Positions 61,398 to 64,000 of a DNA stretch of 64,000 nucleotides are shown piece after piece. This DNA comes from Chloroflexota bacterium (GTDB taxonomy: Bacteria; Chloroflexota; Dehalococcoidia; SM23-28-2; RBG-16-64-32): the NCBI GenBank assembly GCA_022561635.1, contig JADFQV010000001.1, positions 7,917 to 71,916 on the forward strand, written 5' to 3'. Made by a program: the position numbers and the translations under genes. The notes below the pieces were generated by a model. That model was given only the letters and a program-made list of their open reading frames with translations, made no database searches and was not told the origin of the DNA. How positions within the stretch are numbered: position 1 is the first letter of the stretch; each line of letters begins with the position of its first letter.

Positions 61398-62639
61398 ATG
61401 ACTACCGAACCAGCGAAGGCGCGTACCGAGCCCGTAAAGGACTGGGCGACCGACTACGACATTTTCGACGCGGGCTACGTGAAAGACCCCTTCCCCGTCT
61501 GGGACGAGCTGCGTGAGAAGTGCCCGGTGGCGCACACCGAACGCTGGGGCGGCTCCTGGATGCCGACCACCTACGAAGACCTGCGCAAGATTGCCGCAAA
61601 CGTCGAGATTTTCTCTTCCCGCAACCCGCTCGTCGCCAACGACGGCGAGCCGACTGAGGAGGTTGGAGCAGAGCTGGAGGAACAGTTCTCAGTGGGCGCA
61701 CCCCCAATCTCCTCCGATCCGCCGATCCACACCTGGTCACGAGCGCTCCTCCTGCCGAAGTTCTCGATCAAGGAGGTCGCCCGTTACGAAGAGGAGACGC
61801 GGGAACTCTGCCGCTCGCTGATCGACGGCTTCGTTGACAAGGGCCGCGCCGACGCCGCCGCTGACTACGCCCAGCAGATCCCGTCGCGCGTCATCGCCAG
61901 CATGCTCGGCATCCCGCAGGAGCGCGCCGGCGACTTCACCGACTGGGTCCGCGGCTTCCTGGAGTACGGCCTGACGAACGTTGACCTGCGCAGCGGCGCG
62001 GCGATGCAGATCCTCTCGTTCCTAAACGAGCAGATTCAAGAGCGCCAGGCCAACCCCGGCGACGACCTGATCAGCTACCTGCTCGAGGCGAAGACCGAGG
62101 GCGCGCCCGACCCGATCCCGCCGACGCACGTGCTCGGCACCTGCTTCTTGCTGCTCGTGGCCGGCATCGATACGACCTGGAGCTCGATCGGCTCCGCGAT
62201 GTGGCACCTGGCGCAGAACCCGGACGATTGCAAGCGCCTGATCGACGAGCCCGAGCTGATAACGTCGGCCGTCGAAGAGCTGCTGCGCGCCTACTCGCCG
62301 GTGACGATGGCCCGCGAGGTAACGAGGGACGCCGAGTACAACGGCTGCCCGATGCAAGAGAACGACAAGATCCTGATGAACTTCCCGGCCGCCAACCGCG
62401 ACCCGGCGAAGTTCGACAAGCCGGACGAGGTGATTTTGGACCGCGAGGTCAACCCGCACATCGCCTTCGGCGTCGGCATCCACCGCTGCGCTGGCTCCAA
62501 CCTGGCCCGGATGGAGATGAAGGTGGCGATTGAAGAGTGGCTGAAGCGCATTCCGGAGTTCCGCCTGGAGGACCCCGAAGCGGTCACCTGGGCCGGCGGG
62601 CAAGTGCGCGGGCCACGCAAATGCGCGGTGGTGTTCTAG
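61398..62639 (+). CDS. Cytochrome P450
   Basis: Heme-thiolate loop FGVGIHRCAGSNLA, EELLR K-helix and I-helix AGIDTT. Confidence 0.85.
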   Translation: MTTEPAKARTEPVKDWATDYDIFDAGYVKDPFPVWDELREKCPVAHTERWGGSWMPTTYEDLRKIAANVEIFSSRNPLVANDGEPTEEVGAELEEQFSVGAPPISSDPPIHTWSRALLLPKFSIKEVARYEEETRELCRSLIDGFVDKGRADAAADYAQQIPSRVIASMLGIPQERAGDFTDWVRGFLEYGLTNVDLRSGAAMQILSFLNEQIQERQANPGDDLISYLLEAKTEGAPDPIPPTHVLGTCFLLLVAGIDTTWSSIGSAMWHLAQNPDDCKRLIDEPELITSAVEELLRAYSPVTMAREVTRDAEYNGCPMQENDKILMNFPAANRDPAKFDKPDEVILDREVNPHIAFGVGIHRCAGSNLARMEMKVAIEEWLKRIPEFRLEDPEAVTWAGGQVRGPRKCAVVF

Positions 62640-62641
62640 CG

Positions 62642-62842
62642 ATGCGCATCAAGGTCGAAGTCGCGAAGTGCGAGGGGCACAACCGCTGCTTCGTGGTCGC
62701 GGGCGAGCTGTTCGAGCTCGATGACTCCGGCTACGCCCACGAGGTCAACGACGGCAAGGTGCCGGCCGACCTTGAGGAGAAGGCCCGCCTGGCGGTGACC
62801 AACTGCCCCGAGCTGGCAATCTCCATCGACGAAGACAAGTAG
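62642..62842 (+). CDS. Small ferredoxin (3Fe-4S / 4Fe-4S type; P450 redox partner)
   Basis: ATG at 62642 (MRIKVEV...). Cys ligands at KCEGHNRC and NCPE. 66 aa. The ORF-track upstream region overlaps the P450 gene. Confidence 0.75.
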   Translation: MRIKVEVAKCEGHNRCFVVAGELFELDDSGYAHEVNDGKVPADLEEKARLAVTNCPELAISIDEDK

Positions 62843-62888
62843 TCGCGCCCGCATCGCCCGAAGGCGGCGAACCGGTACAATCGGACGC

Positions 62889-63446
62889 GTGCCTGAAGAA
62901 CTGCCCCACGTCGGCGGCGAGAAGCTGCGCTTCTGCGCCCGCTGCGGCGAACCCCTCGTCATCCGCCTGATCGAGACCGAGGACCGGCCGCGCCTGATGT
63001 GCAAGAAGGGCCACATTCATTACGTCAACCCGGTGCTGGTTGTCGGTGTCATTCCGGAGCGGCGCGGACGCATCCTGCTGCTGCGGCGCGCGATCGAGCC
63101 CCGCATCGGCACGTGGACGTTCCCCGGCGGCTTCATGGAGATCGACGAGACGGTGGAGGAAGCCGCGGCGCGCGAGGCGCACGAAGAGGTCGGCCTGCAC
63201 GTGCGCGTGCTCGACCTGATCGGCGTCTACACAAAGCCCGGCCCGGCGCCCGGACCCGGCATCGTCTCCATCGTCTTCCGTGGCACGGTGGCGACCGGCC
63301 GCCCCGAGGCTGGGCGCGAGGCGCTGGAGGTGCGCTGGTTCAAGCCGGACGAGATCCCCTGGGAAGACCTGGCCTACGAGACGACGGGCTGGGCGCTCAG
63401 CGCCTGGATCGAACACAAACGCCACGCCGGACCGGCTCTCCGATGA
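62889..63446 (+). CDS. NUDIX hydrolase with an N-terminal zinc-ribbon (CARCG...C..H)
   Basis: Nudix box GGFMEIDETVEEAAAREAHEEVG. GTG start. Confidence 0.8.
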   Translation: MPEELPHVGGEKLRFCARCGEPLVIRLIETEDRPRLMCKKGHIHYVNPVLVVGVIPERRGRILLLRRAIEPRIGTWTFPGGFMEIDETVEEAAAREAHEEVGLHVRVLDLIGVYTKPGPAPGPGIVSIVFRGTVATGRPEAGREALEVRWFKPDEIPWEDLAYETTGWALSAWIEHKRHAGPALR

Positions 63447-63919
63447 GCGACATCAACGTCCGCAAAGTGCGCCCGGGCGACGGCGACGCGGTCTGCGAAC
63501 TGATTGAAGCGCTGCTGGCGTACGAAGAGATCGGCCCGATGACCGACGGCGCAAAGGAGCGCCTCGTCGCCGACATGTTCGCCGAAGACCCTCGCTTCGA
63601 TACGTTCGTCGCCGAGTCCGCCGGGCGCATCGTCGGCTACGCGATCGTGTATGAGACGTACTCCACGATGCGGGGCCGGCCGCGCCTCTTCATCGAAGAC
63701 ATTTTCGTGATCCCGGAAATGCGTGGCCAGAGCGCCGGATACGCGCTCTTTCGCCAAGTCGTCCGCCACGCCGTGGAGCGCGGTTGCGCGCAGATCGAGT
63801 GGCAGGTGCTGACGTGGAACCAGCTCGCCATCGACTTCTACGAACGGATCGGTGCCAAGCGCGACAGCGAATGGTACACGTTCCGCCTCGGTGAAGACGC
63901 CATGCGGCGGCTTGTCTGA
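63443..63919 (+). CDS. GNAT-family N-acetyltransferase
   Basis: ATGA overlap with the NUDIX stop. GNAT motif A is present. Confidence 0.7.
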   Translation: MSDINVRKVRPGDGDAVCELIEALLAYEEIGPMTDGAKERLVADMFAEDPRFDTFVAESAGRIVGYAIVYETYSTMRGRPRLFIEDIFVIPEMRGQSAGYALFRQVVRHAVERGCAQIEWQVLTWNQLAIDFYERIGAKRDSEWYTFRLGEDAMRRLV

Positions 63920-64000
63920 ACCGAGGTCACTCTGGCTCGGCGGTCAGCTCCAGGCGCGTGCCGACGGCCGGCGCGACGAACGCCTCCGGCATGGCGGCGG

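Overview
This 64 kb window is high-GC (roughly 67-70%) bacterial chromosome with core housekeeping content. Genes are tightly packed, many have overlapping stop/start codons, and GTG/TTG starts are common. Gene content suggests an actinobacterial or Chloroflexi/Thermomicrobia-type lineage, but the lineage call is inference. I found no rRNA or tRNA genes, no CRISPR arrays and no transposases.

From 5' to 3' the window contains:
- A cytochrome bc-type operon (1-2813): a cytochrome b tail, a Rieske protein, a monoheme cytochrome c fused to a cupredoxin domain, and a lipoprotein blue-copper protein.
- A convergent ABC-F ATPase, then trxB-trxA.
- A solitary csoR with a textbook operator palindrome, and a probably leaderless tetR.
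- plsX, an M20 amidohydrolase and apt.
- A SAM-I riboswitch with a terminator expression platform (about 9863-10001). It leads a translationally coupled operon mtnA-mtnP-GNAT-DJ-1/PfpI-DUF1028-ahcY. metK and three GDP-mannose-type genes (nucleotidyltransferase, PMM/PGM, PGI/PMI) follow.
- On the minus strand, the complete rplM-rpsI, alpha, spc and S10 ribosomal clusters (20113-38258), including truA, rpoA, infA, rpmJ, map, adk and secY.
- The str operon rpsL-rpsG-fusA, with no tuf between fusA and rpsJ.
- ccsA, an MshB/LmbE-like deacetylase with an MshA-like GT4, and folE.
- A lower-GC lysyl-oxidase-like secreted protein.
- thrC, a coiled-coil ORF and hom, then rpsR-ssb-rpsF and glyA.
- A LipJ-like hydrolase-cyclase fusion, then hypothetical-pfkB-hpf-comF-SPL-like decarboxylase.
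- moaD-moaE, P450-ferredoxin, a NUDIX hydrolase and a GNAT.

The most notable points are:
- The riboswitch-led methylthioadenosine (MTA) salvage operon carries three uncharacterised enzymes in place of the canonical downstream methionine-salvage genes.
- Many ribosomal proteins (L15, L4, S3, S17, S6, S18, S12, L24) and RpoA carry long low-complexity or repeat extensions.
- The cytochrome c-cupredoxin fusion sits inside the bc operon.
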